Below are positions 8,769 to 18,533 of a DNA stretch of 64,000 bases, piece by piece. Each line of letters opens with the position of its first letter. Position 1 is the stretch's first letter. Location: NCBI GenBank assembly GCA_964486825.1, contig CAZAQS010000001.1, positions 4,386-68,385 on the forward strand. The letters are read 5' to 3'. Both the position numbers and the translations under genes were made by a program. Below the pieces are notes generated by a model that was not told where the DNA came from, searched no databases, and saw only the letters and a list, made by a program, of their open reading frames with translations. This DNA comes from an uncultured Anaerolineaceae bacterium (lineage in GTDB: Bacteria; Chloroflexota; Anaerolineae; Anaerolineales; UBA4823).

Positions 8769-10202
8769 TTACTTATCTTTCAGATACTCGTCAATCGATG
8801 CAGCCGCCTTGCGCCCTGCCACCATGGCAGTTACGACTAGATCCGGGCCAGTTACTGCATCTCCACCAGCATATACACCTGGGCGAGTCGTAGCACCTGT
8901 GTCTTTATCGATCACAATCAAGCCCCAGTTCTTGGTTTCCAGACCAGGTGTTGTCTCCCCGATAATGGGGTCTGGCCAGTAACCGAGGGCCAGCACCGCG
9001 GTATCAGCTTCGACAATGAAATTGGAGCCTTCTACCGGTACAGGCCGGCGGCGTCCTTTTGCGTCCGGCTCACCCAAAACCATCTGGATGCATTCTACTT
9101 TTTCGAGACGTCCGTTGTCACCAGGGATGAAGCGAACCGGTTGGGTCAGGAACTGGTACTGGGCGCCTTCTTCCCTGGCCAGCTCACGATCGTGCTTGCC
9201 ACCTGGCATTTCCTTCTCTGTACGCCGATACAAGCAACGGACCTCATCTGCTCCCAGGCGCAGCGCGCTGCGTAAACAATCCGAAGCGGTATCACCCCCA
9301 CCGATGACCACAACTTTCCGCCCTATATCTGGACGAGAGCGCATATCCTCAGGCAAGAGGTCTAGCGCTACGTTGCAGCGCGCCAGGAATTCGGTCGCCT
9401 TGTAAACACCCGGGAGATCCTCTCCGGGGGCTTCCATCGGCGCATCTACCAAAGTACCAACGCCTATGTATGCGGCCTGATAACCCTCTTCGAATAGCTC
9501 ATCGATAGTTTTGTCTTTTCCGATATACGTGTTCAAAGCAAAATCGACGCCAGCCCGTCTCAGGTCATCCACCCTGGCAAATACGACGTCCTTAGGAAGT
9601 TTAAAGTTCGGAATACCGTAGGTTAGCAAGCCGCCTTCGGCGGGTTTCGAATCGAAGATCGTTACCTTATGCCCTTTCTGTACCAGTTGCTCGGCGCAAG
9701 ACAGGCCAGAAGGGCCGGCGCCTACGATGGCAACCTTTTTGCCGCTCACAGGTCCAACAGGGATATCCACCCCTAGAACCCGCCGCTCGTAATCACAAAC
9801 GAAGGCCTCCAAGGGCCCGGTCATAACCGGCTCGAAGGACTTCAAATGGGAACATGACCCCTGGCAAAGTTGTTCCTGAGGGCAGACCCGCCCGCATACC
9901 TCGGGCATTGAGCTGGTCTGCCGGTAAAGCTTGGCTGCCTCAAGGAAGGCGCCGTTCTCAATCAACCACATGGCAGAAGGGATATCGTTATGCGCCGGGC
10001 AGGCCAGCATGCAAGGAGCCGGATCAGGACATTGCACGCATCGTGAAGCCTCTTCCATAGCTCGCTCAGCTGTCAATGGAACGACTACGTCTTCGAAGTC
10101 GTGCAGTCGCTCGTCCACGGGACGAGTCTCAACCTCAAGGGAGGGCACTCGTGCTCTCGCTTTTCGATCAATAGCTAAAAATTCCCCTGGGATAGATCTC
10201 AT
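8769..10202 (-). CDS. GltD-like NAD(P)H-dependent Fe-S flavoprotein, copy 2 (tandem paralogue)
   Basis: 477 aa, colinear with the 7179..8627 protein over its whole length and carrying the same Cys clusters and Rossmann motifs. Confidence 0.8.
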   Translation of the reverse strand: MRSIPGEFLAIDRKARARVPSLEVETRPVDERLHDFEDVVVPLTAERAMEEASRCVQCPDPAPCMLACPAHNDIPSAMWLIENGAFLEAAKLYRQTSSMPEVCGRVCPQEQLCQGSCSHLKSFEPVMTGPLEAFVCDYERRVLGVDIPVGPVSGKKVAIVGAGPSGLSCAEQLVQKGHKVTIFDSKPAEGGLLTYGIPNFKLPKDVVFARVDDLRRAGVDFALNTYIGKDKTIDELFEEGYQAAYIGVGTLVDAPMEAPGEDLPGVYKATEFLARCNVALDLLPEDMRSRPDIGRKVVVIGGGDTASDCLRSALRLGADEVRCLYRRTEKEMPGGKHDRELAREEGAQYQFLTQPVRFIPGDNGRLEKVECIQMVLGEPDAKGRRRPVPVEGSNFIVEADTAVLALGYWPDPIIGETTPGLETKNWGLIVIDKDTGATTRPGVYAGGDAVTGPDLVVTAMVAGRKAAASIDEYLKDK

Positions 10203-10268
10203 AAGCTTGCCTCCTAACCTTCTACTTATAAATCATAGCGGATCTGTATGGTAAAGTATTAGTCCCAT

Positions 10269-10321
10269 ATGTCACAAGTTTACCCCGAGGATGTCACCTT
10301 TATGCGTGATGGTTGTCACAA
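10269..10321. promoter_or_regulatory. three direct TGTCAC repeats with exact 22-bp phasing (candidate transcription-factor site array)
   Basis: ATGTCACAAG starts at 10269, ATGTCACCTT at 10291 and TTGTCACAAG at 10313. The array lies in the divergent intergenic region between the gltD-like gene and the macA-like gene. Confidence 0.4.
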
Positions 10322-10469
10322 GCCATTCCACCCAGGGGAGATTTAGGTTACAATCGGTAACTAATGGGGTAATAGAAGGAGTATCTTCCCACTATACAAA
10401 TAAAAAAACGTAGCGGAGCACCAGACGCTATTTAAGTAGGAAAGCGTTAAAATCGGAGGAAATAAAAGT

Positions 10470-11858
10470 ATGAAGAGAATCATCACATTACTGGTTTTGG
10501 TGGTCGTAATCGTTGGGGGATTGCTCGCCTTCCAGTATTTTAGGAACCAGCAGCGCGCGGCTGCTTTTAATGATCTGCAAACGGTGCCAACGACGCGAGG
10601 TAGTCTCACCGCAACGGTAGGAGCAACCGGCAGTGTCCGTCCAAACCAAAGCGTCCTGCTTTCCTTCCAAACCACAGGTACGGTTGAGGATGTCAATGTT
10701 TCCGTAGGCTCGAGCGTAGAAGCCGGAGACATCCTGGTAAATCTTCGGCAATCCTCCCTGCCTCAGAACGTCATCCTGGCCAGTGCGGAGCTTGTGAGCA
10801 CGCAAAAAGCTCTTGAAGACCTACGCGAATCAAGGGTCACAGCATCAGAGACCTTGCAGGCTGTACAGAACGCTGAACAAGCCCTGATCGAGTCCGAGCG
10901 GGCATTAGTCCGCTTCGATGAAGAAGAATACAAAGATAACCTGGAGGAAGCTCGCGAAAATATCATTGACGCTCGCGCCCAGCTGAGGGATGTTGAAGAA
11001 GACTTCGAACCTTACCAGGATTGGGCGGAAGACAACCAAACCCGTCGGGACTATAAGGAGAGAGTCGATCAGGCCCAGCGGGAATACGATGAGGAAATTC
11101 GAACACTTAGATCCCTTCAGCTTGAAAAGACAGCAGCCGAAGCTGCCTACGAGCTCGCTCAGGCCCAGTTGGAGGATGCGAAACGGGAATACGAGCGCTG
11201 GGCCAATGGCCCCGATCCAGATGAAATCGCATCATTGGAGGCCAGAATAGTCGCCGCAGAAGCTACCATTTCTCTCTCCAGGTTGGAAACGCCTTTCGCT
11301 GGCACAGTTACGCAATTGAATATTAAACCTGGCGACCAGGTGTCCCTGGGGACTACCGCCATTCGCATCGATGACCTCTCAAACCTGTTGGTGGACCTCC
11401 AGATTTCAGAGGTTGATATCAACCGGGTAGCCGTGGGCCAGCCGGTATACCTTACCTTTGACGCTATCCTGGGCCGGGAATACCAAGGGGTCGTATCAGA
11501 TGTCTCGCCGGTGGGCCAAAATACGCAGGGCATCATCGAGTTTGTCGTAACGGTAGAGCTCTCGGATCCGAACGGAGACGTAAAGCCAGGCATGACTGCA
11601 GGGGTCAATGTGGTCGTAAACCAGCTAGAAAACGTGGTTCTTGTCCCCAACCGGGCTGTCCGTGTGCAAGATGGACAGCGTGTGGTATACGTCCTACGAA
11701 ATGGCTCCCTGGAAAGAGTACCCGTAAGCCTGGGGGCTTCTTCCGATACGATGAGCCAGGTATTGGTTGGAAATTTGCAAAACGGGGATAGCATCGTCCT
11801 CAATCCACCCACGAACTTCTCGAATACTGGTGGCCCGCCCCCATTCGTAACGAGGTAG
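10470..11858 (+). CDS. efflux transporter periplasmic adaptor (HlyD/MacA family)
   Basis: 462 aa with an N-terminal TM anchor, a long coiled-coil hairpin, and beta-barrel and lipoyl-like segments. It sits immediately upstream of the MacB-type ATPase and permease. Confidence 0.75.
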   Translation: MKRIITLLVLVVVIVGGLLAFQYFRNQQRAAAFNDLQTVPTTRGSLTATVGATGSVRPNQSVLLSFQTTGTVEDVNVSVGSSVEAGDILVNLRQSSLPQNVILASAELVSTQKALEDLRESRVTASETLQAVQNAEQALIESERALVRFDEEEYKDNLEEARENIIDARAQLRDVEEDFEPYQDWAEDNQTRRDYKERVDQAQREYDEEIRTLRSLQLEKTAAEAAYELAQAQLEDAKREYERWANGPDPDEIASLEARIVAAEATISLSRLETPFAGTVTQLNIKPGDQVSLGTTAIRIDDLSNLLVDLQISEVDINRVAVGQPVYLTFDAILGREYQGVVSDVSPVGQNTQGIIEFVVTVELSDPNGDVKPGMTAGVNVVVNQLENVVLVPNRAVRVQDGQRVVYVLRNGSLERVPVSLGASSDTMSQVLVGNLQNGDSIVLNPPTNFSNTGGPPPFVTR

Positions 11859-11860
11859 AC

Positions 11861-12541
11861 ATGAACGAACCTGTAATTCTTGCACAGAACCTGACAAAAG
11901 TATATAAAATGGGCGACGTCCAGGTACATGCGCTACGCGGTCTGTCCCTTCAGATCCAGCATGGCGAGGTGGTTGCTATTATGGGACCGTCCGGCTCAGG
12001 TAAATCCACACTGATGAATATCATTGGCTGCCTCGATCGCCCAACCCAGGGGGAGTATTTCCTGGACGGGGAGCGCGTTTCCGATCTAAGCGACGACCAG
12101 TTGGCGACCATCCGCAACATGAAGGTGGGATTCGTCTTCCAAAGCTTCAATCTGCTACCCAGAGCGACTGCCCTGGCTAACGTCGAGTTGCCCATCCGTT
12201 ATGCTCGAGGTAGCACTGGCAGGCGCGAAAAAGCCTCCCGCGCGCTTGAATCTGTCGGGCTGGGCGATAGAATGAACCACCGCCCGAGTGAGCTGTCGGG
12301 CGGACAGCAGCAGAGAGTAGCGATTGCACGCGCTCTCGTTAATGAGCCTGCCATCATCCTGGCTGATGAGCCGACCGGCAACCTGGATACAAAATCGGGC
12401 CACGAGATCATGGAGCTGCTGCTCTCCCTGAACAAGCAGCGCGGCACCACAGTCATCATCGTTACCCATGACAGGGACGTGGCAGCCCAGACCCAGCGGT
12501 CTATCCAAATCAGGGACGGGCTGGTGGAGGAGAAGGCATAA
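11861..12541 (+). CDS. ABC transporter ATP-binding protein (MacB/LolD type)
   Basis: 226 aa with Walker [10 protein letters not shown], signature [15 protein letters not shown] and Walker [12 protein letters not shown]. Confidence 0.85.
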   Translation: MNEPVILAQNLTKVYKMGDVQVHALRGLSLQIQHGEVVAIMGPSGSGKSTLMNIIGCLDRPTQGEYFLDGERVSDLSDDQLATIRNMKVGFVFQSFNLLPRATALANVELPIRYARGSTGRREKASRALESVGLGDRMNHRPSELSGGQQQRVAIARALVNEPAIILADEPTGNLDTKSGHEIMELLLSLNKQRGTTVIIVTHDRDVAAQTQRSIQIRDGLVEEKA

Positions 12542-12543
12542 CG

Positions 12544-13764
12544 ATGTTGCAACCTTTTCTGGAAGCTTTTGACAGTCTCTCCTCCAATAAGCTTCGCTCC
12601 GGCTTGACCATCCTGGGGATCATCATTGGAGTTGGTGCTGTGATCGCAATGGTTTCTATCGGGCGCGGGGCTGAAGCAACCATTACAGACTCGATTCAAG
12701 GCATCGGCACAAACCTGCTGTTTGTATTCCGTGGCGGGTCTTCGGAGGTGCGCAATCCCCAGCCTATGACCCTGGGAGACGCCACAGCCATTGGAGATCC
12801 TTTCCTGGCGCCCTCTGTTGTGGGTGTGGCGCCAGTATTACAAGGCAACGGAATGATTACTTATGGAGGGGAAAGCAGGACCACCACCCTGGTTGGAATT
12901 ACCCCCGATTACGCCCCTGTACGGAACTATAACGTCACCGAAGGAGAGTTTATCACCGAAGAGCATATGCTCGGTCAATCCTCGGTGGTCATCCTGGGGA
13001 CGGAAGTAGCGGACCGGCTTTTTGGTCGCACAGAGGGGTTGGTCGGGGAGACAGTCCGGATCGAAGGCCAACCCTTCCGGGTTATCGGTGTTCTGGAATC
13101 CAAGGGTGGATCGGCCTTCTCGAATGAAGACGACCAGGTCCTTGTCCCCCTGACAACCGCCCAAACCCGCCTGCTGCGCCGCAGCACGCGTGACAGGGTT
13201 GACTTGATCCTGGTACAGGCTATTTCTGCTCAGGCTGTGCCTCAGGCACAGGATGAGGTTTCTCAGATCCTGCGGCAGCGCCACCGCACCGAGATTGGCG
13301 CGGATGATTTTTCCATTCTTACCCAACAGACCTTCCTGGACACTGCCAGTACCGTTACCAACGTGCTAACCATTTTCCTGGGTGGGATTGCAGCTATCTC
13401 CCTCCTGGTGGGCGGCATCGGCATCATGAATATCATGCTCGTATCGGTGACCGAGAGAACGCGCGAAATAGGCCTGCGGAAAGCGCTTGGAGCGCATAAA
13501 TCCGATATTATGATTCAGTTCCTGACCGAATCCTCGGTATTGAGTTTGATCGGCGGCTTGATCGGGATTCTGCTGGGTTGGACCACCTCACTGGTCGTCG
13601 GCCGGATTGCTGTAGCCAACAACGCCCCACTTTCCCCCCCCATCGGGTTGGATATCATCTTGCTCGCCACGCTGTTCTCCACTGCGGTGGGTCTTTTCTT
13701 CGGGATTTATCCCGCCAACCGGGCAGCTAACCTGGAACCTGTGGAAGCCTTGCGTCACGAGTGA
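12544..13764 (+). CDS. ABC transporter permease, MacB/FtsX family
   Basis: 406 aa with a MacB periplasmic domain between TM1 and TM2 and a C-terminal FtsX fold (ERTREIGLRKALGA). Confidence 0.8.
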   Translation: MLQPFLEAFDSLSSNKLRSGLTILGIIIGVGAVIAMVSIGRGAEATITDSIQGIGTNLLFVFRGGSSEVRNPQPMTLGDATAIGDPFLAPSVVGVAPVLQGNGMITYGGESRTTTLVGITPDYAPVRNYNVTEGEFITEEHMLGQSSVVILGTEVADRLFGRTEGLVGETVRIEGQPFRVIGVLESKGGSAFSNEDDQVLVPLTTAQTRLLRRSTRDRVDLILVQAISAQAVPQAQDEVSQILRQRHRTEIGADDFSILTQQTFLDTASTVTNVLTIFLGGIAAISLLVGGIGIMNIMLVSVTERTREIGLRKALGAHKSDIMIQFLTESSVLSLIGGLIGILLGWTTSLVVGRIAVANNAPLSPPIGLDIILLATLFSTAVGLFFGIYPANRAANLEPVEALRHE

Positions 13765-13773
13765 TGGAAGAGG

Positions 13774-14121
13774 TCACCGAGCAGTCATCTCATCAATCCA
13801 ATCCAGGTAGCTTTGCGAACCCATGATAATGGGCATTGCAATGATCTCCGGGACGTCATATGGGTGTATGTTCTTGACGGCGGGCACGAGCTCAGGTTCG
13901 AATAGCTCGGCCCGGGTCTTTACGACCAACAATACCTCATCCTCCTGGTAGCTCTTGCCTTTCCACAAATAGCAAGAATGGATGGGTGAAATCATATTTA
14001 CGCAGGCCGCCAGCTTCTTTTCAATCAGCATATCAGAGATTTGCTGGCCCGTCTCACGGGTCGGCGCTGTAATCATTACCATAATATGCTCGATATCCAT
14101 AAATGTCACCTTCCAACACAC
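13774..14121 (-). CDS. cutA: divalent-cation tolerance protein CutA
   Basis: 115-aa ORF. LAACVNMISPIHSCYLWKGK...EDEVLLVVKT...HPYDVPEIIAMPI is typical CutA1. The real start is probably ATG 14100. Confidence 0.8.
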   Translation of the reverse strand: MCWKVTFMDIEHIMVMITAPTRETGQQISDMLIEKKLAACVNMISPIHSCYLWKGKSYQEDEVLLVVKTRAELFEPELVPAVKNIHPYDVPEIIAMPIIMGSQSYLDWIDEMTAR

Positions 14122-14126
14122 TTATT

Positions 14127-14999
14127 TCATATTGAAAGCCTCGCCTGTACATCCTGGAGGCTACCACGCCAGGGGCCGGGCTTTTCCTGCTTCATCGAAG
14201 TCACAGCTGCCGCGACCCGGCAGGCTTCTTCCGGGGAAGAATTCAAGCGCATGCCGAGATAAGTAGAAAAGCTGGTGTCGCCGCGTCCTGTCCTGCCTTC
14301 CAGGGAGCGGGGATTGAATGGCGCCCGGTAGTTGCTCCCGTCCGCATAGACTGTGATGCCCGAGGATTGTGTCACGAGAACCTCTTTTGGGCCGTAGCTG
14401 GAAAGTTTTTCGGCTGCCGCTTCCATGTTCGTCGACCCGGTCAATAATTCGGCCTCTGCCCGGTCGACCTTCAAATAAGTGATATAAGAGAGTCCTTCCT
14501 CCATTTCCAGCCATTCCTGGAAGACCAGGTCGCCATCCTGGCGAACGCGTACAAACCCTTGAACGTCAAGCGCCAAGGGTGCTCTTGAGGCGAGCGCGCG
14601 TATCAAATCCAGATCCACCTCTCCGGCAATGATTGGTGTGATTGCATAGATGCGAGCAGGGATATCTGGGATTTCTTCCAGGCTGAATTTCCCTGCAAAG
14701 CCAAGTGGCTTACAAATCCGGCGCTCCATATCTCTGGAGTCGTAATAGTTAGCGATCCCTGAAGTTTGAGGCGCCGGCCAAGCAAAAACCTCCACACCTG
14801 CCTCCCGGAGTTCCTGCAAGCGCCAGAAGTCATCTGTATGTAGCCTGGTCACGACGGACACAGATCGCCCCAGACTCCTCAGGGCGATGCTACCATAATA
14901 TACTCCTCCGCCAGAAGAGACCTCACCCACCCCATCGACGATCAACTCATCCTTTGCAAAATGTCCCAGCATTACCAGGTCGCTAGTATGCATTCCCAC
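14127..14999 (-). CDS. PfkB-family carbohydrate kinase
   Basis: 290 aa with a ribokinase-like fold and a C-terminal anion-hole motif variant (GRTGRGDTSFS). The substrate is unknown. Confidence 0.6.
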   Translation of the reverse strand: MGMHTSDLVMLGHFAKDELIVDGVGEVSSGGGVYYGSIALRSLGRSVSVVTRLHTDDFWRLQELREAGVEVFAWPAPQTSGIANYYDSRDMERRICKPLGFAGKFSLEEIPDIPARIYAITPIIAGEVDLDLIRALASRAPLALDVQGFVRVRQDGDLVFQEWLEMEEGLSYITYLKVDRAEAELLTGSTNMEAAAEKLSSYGPKEVLVTQSSGITVYADGSNYRAPFNPRSLEGRTGRGDTSFSTYLGMRLNSSPEEACRVAAAVTSMKQEKPGPWRGSLQDVQARLSI

Positions 15000-15044
15000 C
15001 TGCCTGCCTTACCTTGAATCATCGAAGCGCATTATCATGGAAGT

Positions 15045-16124
15045 CTATTTCTCCCCCGAGATCACATGGATGCAATCGGAATAGATATCGATTCCCACCT
15101 CTGTACCCTCCGGGAAGATATCCAACTGCAAAGGATTGTTCTCGACTGCGGTAAGCCACTGCCCGCCGACTTCAACCTCATAATCGATTGAATCGCCCAG
15201 GTAAGCCGACCGTCGGATAACCCCTTTGAAACCATTGGAAAGCGAGCTGACCCGGATCATCTCCGGCCGGATGACCAGAGTGACCTGGGTTCCAGGAGGG
15301 TAGACCTCTTCCCTTTCAGATAGCTTAACAGGCTTACCAAAGATGCTCACCATCAACGCCTTTTCATCCAACCCCAACACCTCTCCAGTGACAAAATTTG
15401 CCCGCCCGATGAAATCGGCAACAAACCGGGATCGTGGGTAGCGATAAATTTCCATAGGAGTGCCTACCTGCTCGATGACTCCGTGGTTCATTACAACCAC
15501 CCGGTCTGACAATGTCATCGCCTCCAATTGGTCGTGAGTCACGTAGACACTGGTAATCCCGAGCTCGCGCTGGATGCGGCGGATTTCTGTACGCATTTGC
15601 TCCCGCAGCTTAGCATCCAGGTTAGAGAGTGGCTCATCCATTAACAGCACTTTTGGCTCCATCACCAGAGCGCGCGCTAGCGCCACACGCTGCTGTTGCC
15701 CTCCTGAAAGCTGGTTCGGGGCGCGGGTTTCGAATCCCGCCAATTGTACGAGCTGCATGACCCGTTGCATGCGCTCTTCCAACTCTGCCTTGGGGGTGCG
15801 CATCACGTTCAAGCCATAGGCAACGTTCTCATAAACATTCAGGTGGGGGAAAATCGCATAGCTCTGGAAGACCATCGACATATCCCGCCTATTGGGGGCC
15901 ACCATGTTGATCTGCTTGCCGTCCAGCAAGATCTCTCCAGAAGTAGGAAACTCGAACCCGGCAATCACCCGCAGTACGGTAGTCTTTCCACAACCTGAGG
16001 GTCCCAGGAGCGTGACCAGCTCTCCTTTCTCAATCTCCAAGGAGACACCATTTACAGCGGTTACTTCTCCAGCGCCGCCTCTGGGTGGGAATACTTTTAC
16101 AATATTTTCAAGAGATAAGTACAT
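15045..16124 (-). CDS. ABC importer ATP-binding protein (FbpC/PotA type, with C-terminal TOBE-like domain)
   Basis: 359 aa with [24 protein letters not shown] and LLMDEPLSNLD. Confidence 0.85.
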   Translation of the reverse strand: MYLSLENIVKVFPPRGGAGEVTAVNGVSLEIEKGELVTLLGPSGCGKTTVLRVIAGFEFPTSGEILLDGKQINMVAPNRRDMSMVFQSYAIFPHLNVYENVAYGLNVMRTPKAELEERMQRVMQLVQLAGFETRAPNQLSGGQQQRVALARALVMEPKVLLMDEPLSNLDAKLREQMRTEIRRIQRELGITSVYVTHDQLEAMTLSDRVVVMNHGVIEQVGTPMEIYRYPRSRFVADFIGRANFVTGEVLGLDEKALMVSIFGKPVKLSEREEVYPPGTQVTLVIRPEMIRVSSLSNGFKGVIRRSAYLGDSIDYEVEVGGQWLTAVENNPLQLDIFPEGTEVGIDIYSDCIHVISGEK

Positions 16125-16160
16125 GTTTATTTCTCCGATCGTGCTCGCCCGGCTAGCCCT

Positions 16161-18437
16161 TTACACACCGATGACCATGTCGATATCGCCCCGGCCGCGC
16201 AATAACTTATTCGTTATCAGGTATAAGATCCCAATCGCCACCATCACAAAGATAATAATGACAGTCGAGTAAGCGGCTGCTACACTCACCCCGCCTTGTT
16301 CCCACTCGCTCAAGATCGAGGCCGTAACGATCCGCCAACGGGCGCTCACCAGGAAGATGATAGCAGAAAGGCTGGTCATATGCCTTGTAAAACTGAAGAT
16401 CAAACCAGCCAGTAGCGCTGGCAAGATCAACGGTAGCGTGACTTTGCGGAAGGTGTACTGGGCGTCCGCGCCTAAGATGGTCGAGGCCTCATCCAGGGAC
16501 GGGTCGATTTGTTGGAGGGCAGCCACGCCTGCCCGGACGGAGGCCGGCAGGCTGCGCACGGCAAAGGCAGCCAGGATAATAAATGGGGTTCCTACCAACG
16601 CCAGGGGTTGCCCGGCAAAAGTTAGGGCAGCCGGAATTGACAAACAAACCACCGCGAACGGCAACCGCCATCGACCGCGCAGACTCCCCACCAGCAACAC
16701 TCCTGCGAAAACCAACCCGATTGCTAACAGCGTGGGAGACACCTGGAAGATTACTCTCACATAGTCCGAGAGCTGGAATATGGCGTTGCTCCAAAATCCA
16801 CGCGGCATGCTCCGGCTGAGTGTGGCAATCGTTCCAGCAACGAAATCGATAAAATTATAGGCCAGCATGTATAACCCGAGCCCTAAGAGAGCCTGGGCAA
16901 TCAGGCGACGCTTCTGGACGAACCAGGCATGCGCACTGGCGAACAGGTAAACGGCGCCCAGCACATAGTACAACCCGCCCAAAGTGATCACTTGGTCCAG
17001 GAGGCTCAACCCAGCTCCAATAGCACTGCCCAATAAGAAAACGATAACCTGGTCTCGCCTTGAAGAGAACAGAATCCGGGACATGAATAACGCCAGGATG
17101 GCATAAACGATCACCACCACGATCATCGGAGGGGTGCTGAATGCAAGCACGAATCCGATCCCGAGGATTGTCCCCGGTACTGCCCCACCCAGGTTAGAGC
17201 CAAAATCGAGCGCCTCTTTACCGCTGAAGGTCTTGCGTACCACGAGGAAAGCGATCACCATTCCGGTGAGAGCAGCCACCGGTGTGGCAAGCAAGCTCAA
17301 GAAGGTCGTGTCCAAAATAGCCTCGACCCCACGCGTCATCATTTGCTCCCACCACATCAAGGTAGGCGTAAAATCCACCCCCCAGGCTACGCTGAAAGAA
17401 CCATAGATGATGGTGGCATACAAGAGCACGATCAGCGCACATACCAGGTAGACGATGGTGTTGATTGTCCAGCGGATAAAGGGGTCTTTCTCGACCTTCT
17501 GCCCGCCGGTAGGTTTCCCGGTTACAGAGATATAGGAACGACGGTTAACATAATACCTTTGTACGACAAAGACGGTCAGGGTTGGGATCAGCAGTACCAG
17601 CGAAAGCGCGGAGGCTTTCTGATAATCGAACTCACCGATTACAGCCAGGAAAATTTGCGCCGATAAGACGGTCACATTTCCTGCAATAAACAGGGGATTA
17701 CCCAGGTCGGCCAGGGATTCAACGAACAGCAGTAGAAAAGAGGCCGCGATGCCTGGGATCAATAAGGGTAACGTCACGGTGCGGAAGATATGCATTCTGC
17801 CCGCCCCCATGCTCTCAGCAGCTTCCTCCATGGACGGGTTCAACCGCTCTAACATAGCTCGAAGAATCAGGTAAGCGACCGAGAAAAATGTCACCACCTG
17901 CACAAATACCAGCCCGTCCATACCGTAGATATCGTTCGAACCAAGCCGGTACACGATCCCCAACACCCGCCGTGAAATCAGGCCATTACGCCCGAAGAGC
18001 AGGATTGTGCTCAAAGCGATCGCGAACGGGGGAGAAACCGTCGGTACAAGAGCCAGGACATGAACGTATCGTTTGCCGGGGATATCGCAACGCACCATGG
18101 CGTAAGCGAAGATAAAACCCAATAAGGTGCCCCCGCTGGCGGTTAAGATGCCCATGATCAACGTATCGCGGAAGATGCGCCGCGAAACCGGCCCGTAATA
18201 CGAATCGAAGTAACGCCCAAAGTATTGCAAATCCAGCTGCCCAGCCTGGTTGAAAAAGCCTCCGACAGTAGCCTTGAAAAGGGGATAAAAAATGAAAACC
18301 AGCAGAAAAATCCCTGAAAAAAGCAACGCCATAAAAAGCACAGGGTCGCGGGCGATCAAGGCGAACTCTCTGGAGCGGCGCACCCACCCGAATACATCCG
18401 CGCTACGGGTTATCTTTTTAACTAGCGTATTTTCCAT
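16161..18437 (-). CDS. ABC importer permease, fused double-domain (FbpB-like)
   Basis: 758 aa and polytopic, with two EAA loops (MEEAAESMGAGRMHIFRTVTLPLLIPG and LDEASTILGADAQYTFRKVTLPLILPA). Confidence 0.8.
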   Translation of the reverse strand: MENTLVKKITRSADVFGWVRRSREFALIARDPVLFMALLFSGIFLLVFIFYPLFKATVGGFFNQAGQLDLQYFGRYFDSYYGPVSRRIFRDTLIMGILTASGGTLLGFIFAYAMVRCDIPGKRYVHVLALVPTVSPPFAIALSTILLFGRNGLISRRVLGIVYRLGSNDIYGMDGLVFVQVVTFFSVAYLILRAMLERLNPSMEEAAESMGAGRMHIFRTVTLPLLIPGIAASFLLLFVESLADLGNPLFIAGNVTVLSAQIFLAVIGEFDYQKASALSLVLLIPTLTVFVVQRYYVNRRSYISVTGKPTGGQKVEKDPFIRWTINTIVYLVCALIVLLYATIIYGSFSVAWGVDFTPTLMWWEQMMTRGVEAILDTTFLSLLATPVAALTGMVIAFLVVRKTFSGKEALDFGSNLGGAVPGTILGIGFVLAFSTPPMIVVVIVYAILALFMSRILFSSRRDQVIVFLLGSAIGAGLSLLDQVITLGGLYYVLGAVYLFASAHAWFVQKRRLIAQALLGLGLYMLAYNFIDFVAGTIATLSRSMPRGFWSNAIFQLSDYVRVIFQVSPTLLAIGLVFAGVLLVGSLRGRWRLPFAVVCLSIPAALTFAGQPLALVGTPFIILAAFAVRSLPASVRAGVAALQQIDPSLDEASTILGADAQYTFRKVTLPLILPALLAGLIFSFTRHMTSLSAIIFLVSARWRIVTASILSEWEQGGVSVAAAYSTVIIIFVMVAIGILYLITNKLLRGRGDIDMVIGV

Positions 18438-18533
18438 GATCCATTTCCATCTTGCATTCCTCCACCAGTCCCTACCTTATCAGCAAGCCTGATGGGGGCG
18501 AGATTTCGCCCGCCCCCATTAGCTACCCGTTAC

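Noticed and set aside
14127-14999. Calling the PfkB kinase iolC.
   Set aside because: It lies in a different operon, with a Fe3+/polyamine-type ABC importer and cutA. It is shorter than the IolC proteins I recall, and I saw no IolC-specific motifs. It is kept as a generic PfkB kinase.
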